Origin: an uncultured Gammaproteobacteria bacterium
Lineage (GTDB): Bacteria; Patescibacteriota; Patescibacteriia; UBA9934
Direction: 5' to 3'
NCBI GenBank assembly: GCA_964355955.1
Contig: CAYHFQ010000003.1
Location: 31,777 to 95,776 of the forward strand
Length of the DNA: 64,000 nt
Positions 36,464-44,863 of this stretch are shown here, piece after piece; position 1 is the stretch's first letter, and each line of letters begins with the position of its first letter. The notes below the pieces were generated by a model. It searched no databases. It worked only from the letters and a program-made list of their open reading frames with translations, and was not told the origin of the DNA. The position numbers were made by a program, and so were the translations under genes.

Positions 36464-36967
36464 TCAAGTGCCCGCTGACACCTTGATTGCTGCCGCTAGA
36501 CGACTCAACTCTGTAGGATCAGCCAAAGGGCCGCTACCTGAAGAAATCCAGCCTTCATAATTCTCAAACCAGAACTCTTGACCACTTGGTACTTGTCGCC
36601 AAAGACCTTTCTTTAAATTCTCTGTACCATGAAAAGGAACCAACTTAATATGAGCGTGGTCGATTCCCGTCCCTTCCATTATCAAACCCACCCGACCTAC
36701 GTCGACAAAGTAATGTTCGAGGATGTGGGCAACTTTTTTGGCGGCTAGGATAAATTCTTGTAGGGCTTCGTCAGGCATCCGGAGGACATCACTAGCAAAA
36801 TGTTGTTTAGGAATAACACAAGTAAAGCCTGTTGTATTTGGATCGATTGCTAACCAGGCCATGAAATGACTATCTTCCCAGAACAAGCCTGGTGTAACGA
36901 TATTGCCAGCAACAATTTCGCAAAAAATACATTTGCCGTCTGCTGTAGTTGGGGAATATTTTGTCAT
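36464..36967 (-). CDS. HIT-family (histidine triad-like) hydrolase.
   Basis: N-terminal CIFCEI and an H-x-H-x-x motif (IDHAHIKLVP). Confidence 0.65.
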   Translation of the reverse strand: MTKYSPTTADGKCIFCEIVAGNIVTPGLFWEDSHFMAWLAIDPNTTGFTCVIPKQHFASDVLRMPDEALQEFILAAKKVAHILEHYFVDVGRVGLIMEGTGIDHAHIKLVPFHGTENLKKGLWRQVPSGQEFWFENYEGWISSGSGPLADPTELSRLAAAIKVSAGT

Positions 36968-37041
36968 ATATATTAAAAAGATACACGAAACCTGATTAAA
37001 TAATCACTTCATCGCCAGCTGTATATTAATGCAATTCTAAT

Positions 37042-37410
37042 TTAGTAATTATACTGAGCGACCTCCCAGGTATTCCCCCACAAATCAATAAATTCAAAGT
37101 ATTTATATTCTGCTGGCTGTAGAATAGTAGAAATCGTCGAAATACTTTTTGGATGCAAATTCGCAATACGCGAATGCTCTTTTTCAATGTCTTCCGTCTT
37201 TAAAGCAGGCATGACATTATTCCCTATCAACATCTCTTCGTGAGCAATCGAAACATTCAGAATGCCAAAATATACCCCTGTACCATCGTCAAAATCAGCC
37301 CACCGGTCGCCCTCTCGATGCGTGATCCTCTTACCAAATATGCCTTCGTAGAAAGAGATGGCATCATCTAGTGACGTAACCTTCAAGTAAATATGATCGA
37401 AGTTTGCCAT
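37042..37410 (-). CDS. VOC/glyoxalase-like domain protein.
   Basis: 122 aa with a beta-alpha-beta-beta-beta type sequence (HIYLKVTSLDDAISFYEGIFG). Low GC. Confidence 0.5.
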   Translation of the reverse strand: MANFDHIYLKVTSLDDAISFYEGIFGKRITHREGDRWADFDDGTGVYFGILNVSIAHEEMLIGNNVMPALKTEDIEKEHSRIANLHPKSISTISTILQPAEYKYFEFIDLWGNTWEVAQYNY

Positions 37411-37581
37411 AGCTAAATTTGGGTATTAACACCAGGTACTTCTTCCGCCCAACCGAGGTACCAATCAGCTAATTTTTGGATAACAGTAGTGTATTGCATA
37501 TATATTTAGAAGATACCATAGAACCAAGCCAAGGAAAATGTGTTTGATTATTTAGTCTGACAGGGCTATTCTTCTATCACT

Positions 37582-38034
37582 ATGGAAATGAATGCAAATG
37601 GTGAGAAACCGAGACCAAGAGTCGGCGTTGGCGTCATGATACAAAATGCACAGGGGCAAATTCTATTAGGACTAAGGAAGGGATCGCACGGAGCTGGCGA
37701 GTGGAGTTTTCCTGGCGGACATTTAGAGTTCGGCGAAACAATCTTTGAGACTGTGAGTCGTGAGGTGAAAGAAGAGACCGATCTCGATGTGGGAGAATTG
37801 TCTGTCATTTCGTTAGCTGATGAAATGAGGTATATCGAAACCGATAACAAACATCACCTGGCAATAACGGTGCGAGCGCAATATTTAGGTGGTGAACCGA
37901 AAATCATGGAGCCGAATAAATGTTTAGAGTGGCGCTGGTTCGATCTGAATAATCAACCTGATAACTTATTGGAGGCTAATCAACTGACACTGGCGAATCT
38001 AAAAGCGGGTGTCATTTACAAGCCAGCGAGGTAA
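37582..38034 (+). CDS. NUDIX hydrolase (MutT-like).
   Basis: NUDIX box GGHLEFGETIFETVSREVKEETDL. Confidence 0.8.
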   Translation: MEMNANGEKPRPRVGVGVMIQNAQGQILLGLRKGSHGAGEWSFPGGHLEFGETIFETVSREVKEETDLDVGELSVISLADEMRYIETDNKHHLAITVRAQYLGGEPKIMEPNKCLEWRWFDLNNQPDNLLEANQLTLANLKAGVIYKPAR

Positions 38035-38137
38035 ACAGCGAAAAAAAATCAAGTAACGAAGTCGCCGCCCACCAGAGCAGCCGGTAGGGGCGACTCGTGG
38101 TGGACGGCGAACGGTGAGGTCGACCTGTGGCTCGGGT

Positions 38138-38623
38138 CTACCGGGGAGGTTGGGGCAGCTGGTCCTTGATGGAGCTGAGGTTCATGTTGAGCTGAAGATT
38201 GAGCTCGGTGAGCAGCTCCTTGATCTGGCTGAGTGATTTGCGGCCGAAGTCCTTGGTCTTGAGGAGCTCGGCCTCATTCTTCTCCGCGACCTGCCAGACG
38301 TAGATCCACCGCTGGGCCTCGAAGCAGTTCGCTGTCCGCACTGAGATAGTGAGGTCGTAGAACTTCCTCGAGAGCTGCGTCACCTGCTCGGGGGTGAAGT
38401 CACCCTGCGGGATGTTCGTGCCCTTCATCTGTTCGGGCTGGCTGTAGAGCAAGCGGCCGAGGGCGGAGGCAGCCTCGTCGGTCGCAGGGATCTCGATGGT
38501 GATGATGGACTGCGAGTTGGTCGACAGCTTCATGAGTACTTGGACGTCCGGGTGGCTGTCCGGAAGGTTGGCGAGGTCGACCAGTCGCTTGCCGATATTG
38601 ACGCTGAGTTTCTTGATGTTCAT
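38138..38623 (-). CDS. Stand-alone RNA polymerase alpha-subunit C-terminal-domain-like protein (161 aa).
   Basis: LTISVRTANCFEAQRWIYVWQVAEKNEAELLKTKDFGRKSLSQIKELLTELNL aligns with the E. coli alphaCTD sequence [48 protein letters not shown]. There is no alpha N-terminal domain. GC-rich islet. Confidence 0.6.
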   Translation of the reverse strand: MNIKKLSVNIGKRLVDLANLPDSHPDVQVLMKLSTNSQSIITIEIPATDEAASALGRLLYSQPEQMKGTNIPQGDFTPEQVTQLSRKFYDLTISVRTANCFEAQRWIYVWQVAEKNEAELLKTKDFGRKSLSQIKELLTELNLQLNMNLSSIKDQLPQPPR

Positions 38624-38726
38624 TCGGGACTCCTGAGGGTGAGGTGGACGTCGATACTAGGAAATGATCGACGAATAATTATAGTTTAATTTACGATAAA
38701 AGTCAAACATTAACCCGTTTATAACG

Positions 38727-38757
38727 CAAAAAAATCACGACCGGAGTCGTGATTTTT
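38727..38757 (-). terminator. Hairpin ATCACGAC-cgga-GTCGTGAT flanked by an A-run and a T-run, immediately 3' of tRNA-Val. It could act bidirectionally.
   Basis: 8-bp stem. Minus strand: ...CCA-AAAAAATCACGACTCCGGTCGTGATTTTTTTGCG. Confidence 0.5.
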
Positions 38758-38834
38758 TGGTGGACATTGGTGGGCTCGAACCACCGACCTCTGTCGTGTG
38801 AGGACAGCGCTCTAACCAACTGAGCTAAATATCC
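38758..38834 (-). tRNA. tRNA-Val (anticodon CAC) with encoded CCA.
   Basis: Cloverleaf folded by hand: acceptor GGATATT/AATGTCC, anticodon stem CTGTC/GACAG, loop CTCACAC, T-loop TTCGAGC. Confidence 0.9.
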
Positions 38835-38900
38835 TAGATAGAACTGCCGAATTGGCCTCAATTCAGAACGGGGCAATAATAGTGTTTTAAGCGAGAATAA

Positions 38901-39518
38901 TCAAGCCCTACGTCTTTTAGTGAGACCGGCGTGGATGATGCTCGACATGAACGTGTAGTCCTGGTTCATGCCAGCGATGCAGGCTTGGATGTAAGCCTTG
39001 TGTGGGCGCTTATTCCAGAGAATGGGGTTATAACCAGCACGAATAGCGAAGAGATCGAGGAAAAGACGAATGGTGCGGCCGTTGCCTTCGCGGAAGGGGT
39101 GAATAGCGTTGAGCTCGCAATGAATGAGGGCGAGCTTGGCTGCGACCTGTTTCTTATCGTCGGTAGAAGTTGGTGTATTTTGTTTGAGGGTGAGTTCGAA
39201 ATCTGCCAGAGCCGAGCTGATAAAATTAGCCGAGCAAAACATCGTTTCGCCTTTACTGATATTGACCGTGCGTAATTGACCAGCCCAAGTATAGAGTGGC
39301 CCAAAAAAATATTTATGAATTGAAAGCAGTAGTACAGTATCAAAAGTAAACGAACTGATCGGTTCAGTGACTATAAAAGAACGAAAGGCTCGATCGAAAT
39401 AATATGCTTCAGCGTCCATGAGCTCTACCTGGCTAGAAAGTCCGGGCTTATTTTTCAGCACTTCCCCGTCCATTCCAGCTTCCTTAGCGGAACTCTGATA
39501 ACGAGAATGTTCAGGCAT
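38901..39518 (-). CDS. Fic-family protein (AMPylation/Doc fold).
   Basis: Fic motif HPFREGNGRTIR. Confidence 0.85.
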   Translation of the reverse strand: MPEHSRYQSSAKEAGMDGEVLKNKPGLSSQVELMDAEAYYFDRAFRSFIVTEPISSFTFDTVLLLSIHKYFFGPLYTWAGQLRTVNISKGETMFCSANFISSALADFELTLKQNTPTSTDDKKQVAAKLALIHCELNAIHPFREGNGRTIRLFLDLFAIRAGYNPILWNKRPHKAYIQACIAGMNQDYTFMSSIIHAGLTKRRRA

Positions 39519-39678
39519 ATTGTTTAAGCTTCTTAATTAATGCCGTGTTCTTTAGGGCGCGGCGCAGACTAATTCCCTCCATTTTAAGAGATTGCGAGAT
39601 AGCGTTCTTGATGGTGCGCTCGCTGAATTTAGGCTTAGCCTTCTTACTAATAGCCCTGCGTTGAATCGCCTTCTTCAT
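39511..39678 (-). CDS. Small FicA-like antitoxin (56 aa, MKKAIQRRAISKKAKPKFSERTIKNAISQSLKMEGISLRRALKNTALIKKLKQYA). Its stop overlaps the fic start (ATGCCTGA).
   Basis: Translated by hand; not in the track. It contains the (S/T)xxxE(G/N) inhibitory motif as SLKMEG. The 8-nt overlap with fic indicates translational coupling. Confidence 0.55.
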   Translation of the reverse strand: MKKAIQRRAISKKAKPKFSERTIKNAISQSLKMEGISLRRALKNTALIKKLKQYA

Positions 39679-39720
39679 AACATCACTTTTATTAGCTCAA
39701 TTATACCAGAAATTGAGGTG

Positions 39721-41280
39721 ATGAGCAACCGGGCGGCGTTGTTTAATTTTGATGATTCAGCTATACTCCCAGTAGTTATGTCTGACCAGAATTCAGTCGA
39801 TTTTTTGCAGCAAAAGTATGAAGTGCCGGTGGAGCGTGTAGTGCGCGCCAAAGTTTCGCGTACTGGCCGATATATTGCTGGAGTGCTGGTAGTTGGAGCG
39901 ATTGTGGGAACTTTTTTTTCCTATAAAATTGCCAAGATCACGCACGGCGATGAAACTGATATTGGCAGCTTGTCCATTTTCTCCACAATTACCTCCGGTC
40001 TCTCACATTTGGTTGGTAGCCCCGACCGCCCGCTAGTCGGCGAGGAAACTGACCGCATTAACTTTTTATTAATGGGCATTGGTGGAGCCGGTCACGACGG
40101 TGGACAGTTGGCGGACACAATCATGTTCGGCAGTTTCAAGCCGAGCACAGCGGAGCTTGGTATGCTCTCAATCCCCCGCGATTTATACGTAGCAATTCCT
40201 GGCTACAGCAGCGGCAAAATTAACCACGCCAATGCTTACGGCGAAATGTCTGGGGCTGGGCAGGGGCTCAAATTGGGGTCCGACGTGGTCAGCAGCGTCG
40301 TCGGTCAACCGATTGATTATACGATTCGCGTCGACTTTGACGGCTTTTCTAAACTGATTGACCAGTTGGGTGGTATTAACGTTTATATTGATAAGAGCTT
40401 TGACGACTACCAGTTCCCTGAATATGAGGGCTCGCCAACTTACAAGACTCTGCACTTCACCCAAGGCTACACCCACATGAGTGGTGCTGAAGCTTTGGAC
40501 TATGCTCGCTCTCGTCATGGTAACAACGGCGAAGGGACGGATTATGCCCGAGCGGCTCGTCAGCAGAAAATCTTAATGGCAGCCAAGGAGCAGGCTTTGT
40601 CGCTTGGTGTTTTATTAAATCCGGTTAAGTTGACCAAGCTTTTTAGTACGCTCAGCAGTCACATCACCACCAACCTTTCGGTTTGGGAGATGATTAAGAT
40701 GGCCAAGTATGTACCGAGCATTGACCCTAAAGCAGTGGCCATGCAGGTACTCGACACCAGCCCAGGCAGTCCGCTTTACAGCACCACCACGGCTACTGCT
40801 GGCTTCATTATTTTGCCAAAGAGTGATAATTGGAGCGATATTCAGAAGATTGCGGCTAATATGTTCGTGTCTGCTGGAGCTAAAGCTAGCGCAAGTGCGC
40901 CAGTCGCCGCTGCCACGACACAGTCGGTTAAGGTGGAAATTCAAAATGGCACACAGATTTCTGGCCTAGCTTACCAAACAGCCGCCCGCCTGACTGGTTC
41001 GAGCTATGAAGTGGTCAGCGTGGGCAATGCCAGCGACCGAGCAGTTCTCAAAACAACTATTTACGACCTAACTAATGGCCGAAAAGCTGCGGAATTAGCA
41101 ACATTAAAGCAGTTTTTAGGGGCAGACGTGGTTTTGACCGACGAGGGCTGGATCTACGCAGACAACGTCGTACCAACTAGCCTGCAAACAGTTTCTAGCA
41201 GTGATGAGGCTAAAACAAGCGAAAAAGTTGACTTTTTGATAATAGTAGGACAAGATGCGACTTCTCTCGTATTGAAATAG
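39721..41280 (+). CDS. LCP (LytR-CpsA-Psr) family cell-envelope phosphotransferase with a C-terminal LytR_C-like domain.
   Basis: LCP core (LLMGIGGAGHDGGQLADTIMFGS...LSIPRDLYV...INHA). ATG 39721 is preceded by GAGGTG. The track's longer start at 39592 overlaps ficA on the opposite strand. Confidence 0.8.
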   Translation: MSNRAALFNFDDSAILPVVMSDQNSVDFLQQKYEVPVERVVRAKVSRTGRYIAGVLVVGAIVGTFFSYKIAKITHGDETDIGSLSIFSTITSGLSHLVGSPDRPLVGEETDRINFLLMGIGGAGHDGGQLADTIMFGSFKPSTAELGMLSIPRDLYVAIPGYSSGKINHANAYGEMSGAGQGLKLGSDVVSSVVGQPIDYTIRVDFDGFSKLIDQLGGINVYIDKSFDDYQFPEYEGSPTYKTLHFTQGYTHMSGAEALDYARSRHGNNGEGTDYARAARQQKILMAAKEQALSLGVLLNPVKLTKLFSTLSSHITTNLSVWEMIKMAKYVPSIDPKAVAMQVLDTSPGSPLYSTTTATAGFIILPKSDNWSDIQKIAANMFVSAGAKASASAPVAAATTQSVKVEIQNGTQISGLAYQTAARLTGSSYEVVSVGNASDRAVLKTTIYDLTNGRKAAELATLKQFLGADVVLTDEGWIYADNVVPTSLQTVSSSDEAKTSEKVDFLIIVGQDATSLVLK

Positions 41281-41284
41281 CTCT

Positions 41285-42727
41285 ATGTCGTCTACTACAA
41301 CTCCCGAAACGGTTAGAATCCCAAAGGTTGCTTTAATTGGACGTACAAACGTCGGTAAGTCGACGCTTTTTAATAAATTGATTGAGGAGCAACGCTCGCT
41401 CGTGTCGGACGTCGCCGGTACCACTCGAGACCGTTTTGAAGCGGACTGTATTTGGCGCGGTCTGGTGATTCGCTTGATCGACACTGGCGGCTTGGACGTC
41501 GACCCGAAATTAGAAATTGAACGCGGCGTCATTGAGCAGACCGAATACGCTATTAAGGAAGCGGACTTGGTTTGTTTCTTGGTAGACTTGACCGTCGGCC
41601 CAACAGTTGACGACTACGTGATTGCTAAGAAATTATTCGCTGCTGGTAAGCCAGTGATTGTCGTTGGCAACAAGGGCGATACTCCAGCCCTCCGCGCCAG
41701 TGTGGAAAGCGAGACTTGGAAGTCTTGGCCACTTAACCGTCCATTAGCCGTTTCCGCGGCGCGCGGTATTGCGGCTGGTGACTTGCTCGACGAAGTCTAC
41801 GTTGGCTTGAACAAAGCTGGCGCCCCACCGATCGAAGTGACATCAGTAATTCCCATGCAGGTAGCAGTACTTGGTGAGCCAAACGTTGGTAAGTCCACTT
41901 TGCTAAATGCGATTTTGGGTGAGAAGCGCTTCATCGCGTCGTCCTTGGCCCACACCACTCGTCAGCCAAACGAAGTGAGCGTCAAAATTGGCAAGCAGAA
42001 CTACGTTTTTGTGGACACGGCTGGTATCCGCCGCCAATCACGACGTTTGCAGGCTGGTAGCTTCCTTGAAAAGCACGGCGTTAAGCAGACTGTGGAATTA
42101 TTAAAGAAGGTAAACGTCGTCCTGTTCGTGCTAGACATGAGCCAGAAGATTGACGTGCAGAATAAGCGTTTGGCTGGTTTGATTGCGGAACACGGCACCA
42201 GCGTCGTCATTATTGCTAACAAGTGGGATTTGATTCCAGACAAGGACACGACGACTATTCTTAAATACGAGGAATATATTCGCGCGCATTTGCCGCAGAT
42301 TAACTACGCGCCGATTCTCTTCATTTCCGCTTTGACTGGTCAACGCGTGGGCGACATCATGAAGAAGATTTCGACCGTCTTCAGCAGCCGCTTTACGCAG
42401 CTCATGGATACCGAGTGTAAGGAGTTTATTTCGAAGTGTATCGCTAAGCACAAGCCGAGCAAGAACAAGGGTACTTGGCACCCAAACATTACGGAGTTTG
42501 TGCAGACCACGATCAATCCACCACGCTTCCGTTTGACTATCAACGCCCCACGCGAAGATGCGTTGGCCGACAGCTACGTACGGTTCTTGGAACGTTTGAT
42601 GCGTGATGAATTTAACTTTGTAGGTACGCCAGTTTCTATCCGCGTGTTAGCAGTGCAACGTAAGCATGGTGAAGCACGTACGCCGATGAAGAGGGTGAAG
42701 ACGAAGATGGGTGGGAGACATAATTAG
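41285..42727 (+). CDS. der: Ribosome-associated GTPase Der (EngA).
   Basis: Two G-domains (GRTNVGKSTLFN; GEPNVGKSTLLN) plus a KH-like C-terminus. Confidence 0.95.
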   Translation: MSSTTTPETVRIPKVALIGRTNVGKSTLFNKLIEEQRSLVSDVAGTTRDRFEADCIWRGLVIRLIDTGGLDVDPKLEIERGVIEQTEYAIKEADLVCFLVDLTVGPTVDDYVIAKKLFAAGKPVIVVGNKGDTPALRASVESETWKSWPLNRPLAVSAARGIAAGDLLDEVYVGLNKAGAPPIEVTSVIPMQVAVLGEPNVGKSTLLNAILGEKRFIASSLAHTTRQPNEVSVKIGKQNYVFVDTAGIRRQSRRLQAGSFLEKHGVKQTVELLKKVNVVLFVLDMSQKIDVQNKRLAGLIAEHGTSVVIIANKWDLIPDKDTTTILKYEEYIRAHLPQINYAPILFISALTGQRVGDIMKKISTVFSSRFTQLMDTECKEFISKCIAKHKPSKNKGTWHPNITEFVQTTINPPRFRLTINAPREDALADSYVRFLERLMRDEFNFVGTPVSIRVLAVQRKHGEARTPMKRVKTKMGGRHN

Positions 42728-42864
42728 GTCGCTCGCAACCGCCGTATCTCCTGTTCCTAGCTGCGCCTCGTCAACCGCACGAGCTCACTGACCTCGTCTG
42801 ACTCGGGAGCTCGACGCAGGGCCGAGGCTAGTGTCGTCACAGGAGACACGGCAGTCGCTCGCTC
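42728..42864. repeat. Structured intergenic repeat, copy B, beginning 1 nt after the der stop. Outer flanks are as in copy A. The inner ~75-nt Y motif is GCCTCG-TCAACCGCAC-GAGCTC-...ACCTCGTCTGACTCGG...-GAGCTCG-CGCAGGGC-CGAGGC.
   Basis: Aligned to copies C and D. It has nested stems: outer CTCCTGT/ACAGGAG, middle GCCTCG/CGAGGC, inner CGAGCTC/GAGCTCG. Confidence 0.65.
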
Positions 42865-42936
42865 TTAAAGGCCTTCGTCTTGCTAAAAAGTTTAAACTAC
42901 CGACTACCAACTACTATCTACCAACTTTCATACTCT

Positions 42937-43500
42937 ATGGCAATCATGATCGTGGGACTCGGTAATCCAGGTGTAGCGTATAAGAAGACCCGCCACAATG
43001 CGGGTTTTTTGGCGCTTGATAAGTTAGCTGATGAGTGGGGCGGGAGCTGGCGCGTGAATAACACAGCAAAAGCCGAGGTAGCGGAGGTGATTGTCGGCGA
43101 GATGAAGATAGTACTAGTGAAGCCACAAACTTTCATGAATAATTCTGGCCTCGCAGTGGCGTCGCTCATGCATCGCTATAAGATTACGATTGAACGAGTG
43201 TGGGTGGTTTACGACGACGCGGCGATTGCGAATGACCAGGTGCGAGTACGCCGTGGTGGCAGTGCTGGCGGACATAATGGGCTGAAGTCGATCATCGCGC
43301 ACAACGGCGATCCGTTCGCTCGTTTCCGTATCGGACTCGGCAATCCACCAGAACGAGTACCACTCGAAGAGTTTGTATTGCAGAATTTTAAGGCGGAGGA
43401 AATGACGCTGCTCGAGCATAAATTAGACGTGGTGATTGAACTCATCAACGAAGCCAGAGTGACTGGCGTCCAAGAAAAAACCGTAACTATCGCCACATGA
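42937..43500 (+). CDS. pth: Peptidyl-tRNA hydrolase.
   Basis: MAIMIVGLGNPG...HNAGF...GHNGL. The track ORF starts earlier (42880); ATG 42937 matches the canonical Pth N-terminus. Confidence 0.9.
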   Translation: MAIMIVGLGNPGVAYKKTRHNAGFLALDKLADEWGGSWRVNNTAKAEVAEVIVGEMKIVLVKPQTFMNNSGLAVASLMHRYKITIERVWVVYDDAAIANDQVRVRRGGSAGGHNGLKSIIAHNGDPFARFRIGLGNPPERVPLEEFVLQNFKAEEMTLLEHKLDVVIELINEARVTGVQEKTVTIAT

Positions 43501-44585
43501 TCTCCCCCTACCGCTTAGCTCTCACGCATTTTGACGACCTCACCATCGGCCCAGTCCGTCATGCGAGCTTGCTTGAAGTTTTGGGGACGGATGAGAATAT
43601 TTGGCGGGCTAATATCGATGAGTTGCAGAGTGGCGGCCTGACGCACGGCATGGCGAAAAAGTTTATTGACTGGCGCGCCACGCAAAACCCGCAAGCCTTG
43701 CTCGATGACACATTGAAACGCGGAATAAGCCTGGTAACGCTCGACGACCCAGAGTACCCGCAACTGCTCCGCGCCATTCACGACGCACCGTACGTCCTCT
43801 ACTACCGCGGTACGTTGCCACCGGCCGATGCGCTGTTGGTCGGCGTGGTGGGGTCGCGTCAGGCTACACCGTACGGCTTGAAAGTGGCTGCTGAGTTGTC
43901 CGAGAAGCTGGCGCGCCATCACTTGGTAATCGTCAGTGGTTTAGCCTGGGGTATTGATGAGGCGGCGCACAGAGCAACGGTTAACGTAAATGGTAAGACG
44001 ATTGCGGTGCTTGGCTGTGGGCTTGATGCTAATGATTCTTATAGGAAAATAGAATTAGCAGAGGAGATAGTAAGCAAGGGTGGAGCAATAATCAGCGAGT
44101 ATCCGCCGGAGATGCCTTCGTACACTCATCATTTCCCTATCCGTAACCGCATAATTTCTGGCATGAGCAAGGGAACACTCGTGGTTGAAGCGGCAGAAAA
44201 ATCCGGCTCGTTAATAACAGCCCGAGCGGCCTTAGGAGAAAATCGTGAAGTATTTGCCGTGCCTGGTTCGATTCACTCCCCTACTTCCGTTGGTACTAAT
44301 CGTTTATGTCGCGATGGTGCCCACGTAGTGACTTCTGCCGAAGACATTCTTAATGTGCTCGGTGTAACGCCAAGAGAAACTGCCACCGAAGCTCCAGTAA
44401 CCATGATACCGCCAGCTACGCCAGAAGCTAGAGCGATTCTCGAGCTCTTAAACCACGAACCAAAACATATTGATGATCTTGCTATAGCAGTCGCGCTGCC
44501 AAGCCACATCGTCGGCGGAACGTTGACGATTATGGAGATTGAGGGTTACGCTCGGCATGTTGGTGGTGGAAATTATACGAGATAA
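43497..44585 (+). CDS. dprA: DNA processing protein DprA (Smf).
   Basis: Rossmann-like DprA core (VGVVGSRQATPYGL...VIVSGLAWGIDEAAHRA). Its start overlaps the pth stop (ATGA). Confidence 0.85.
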   Translation: MISPYRLALTHFDDLTIGPVRHASLLEVLGTDENIWRANIDELQSGGLTHGMAKKFIDWRATQNPQALLDDTLKRGISLVTLDDPEYPQLLRAIHDAPYVLYYRGTLPPADALLVGVVGSRQATPYGLKVAAELSEKLARHHLVIVSGLAWGIDEAAHRATVNVNGKTIAVLGCGLDANDSYRKIELAEEIVSKGGAIISEYPPEMPSYTHHFPIRNRIISGMSKGTLVVEAAEKSGSLITARAALGENREVFAVPGSIHSPTSVGTNRLCRDGAHVVTSAEDILNVLGVTPRETATEAPVTMIPPATPEARAILELLNHEPKHIDDLAIAVALPSHIVGGTLTIMEIEGYARHVGGGNYTR

Positions 44586-44589
44586 CTGC

Positions 44590-44855
44590 AAGTGAGTAAT
44601 GCCTGACGATGAGACGAGCTGAAGTCGGCCCTGCACCAGCGCCCGAGTCAGACGAGGTGAGACGGATGGTGCGGTTGACGACTTCGGTGAGGCGAAGCGT
44701 TAGACATTACTCACTTGTCGATTCAGATGATACGGACAGCACTTCGTCTCACTCATGCCGTCAACCGCAGAATCCCCGACCATACCTCGTCTGACTCGGA
44801 GGGATTCCGCAGGGCCGGCATTCGTTCGCCTCATTGCTATCTGTATCATCTGAAT
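44590..44855. repeat. Structured repeat, copy C. It holds two Y-motif units in opposite orientation (inverted 44610-44698, direct 44748-44830). Each is enclosed by its own 13-16-bp outer inverted repeat: CAAGTGAGTAATG/CATTACTCACTTG and GATTCAGATGATAC(G)GACAG/CTGTATCATCTGAATC. The element ends 8 nt before the folC ATG.
   Basis: Reverse complement of 44610-44698 aligns base-for-base with copy D's Y motif. Stems co-vary: GAAGTCG/CGACTTC and ATGCCG/CGGCAT replace GCCTCG/CGAGGC; GAATCCC/GGGATTC replaces CGAGCTC/GAGCTCG. Confidence 0.65.
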
Positions 44856-44863
44856 CTGTGAAT

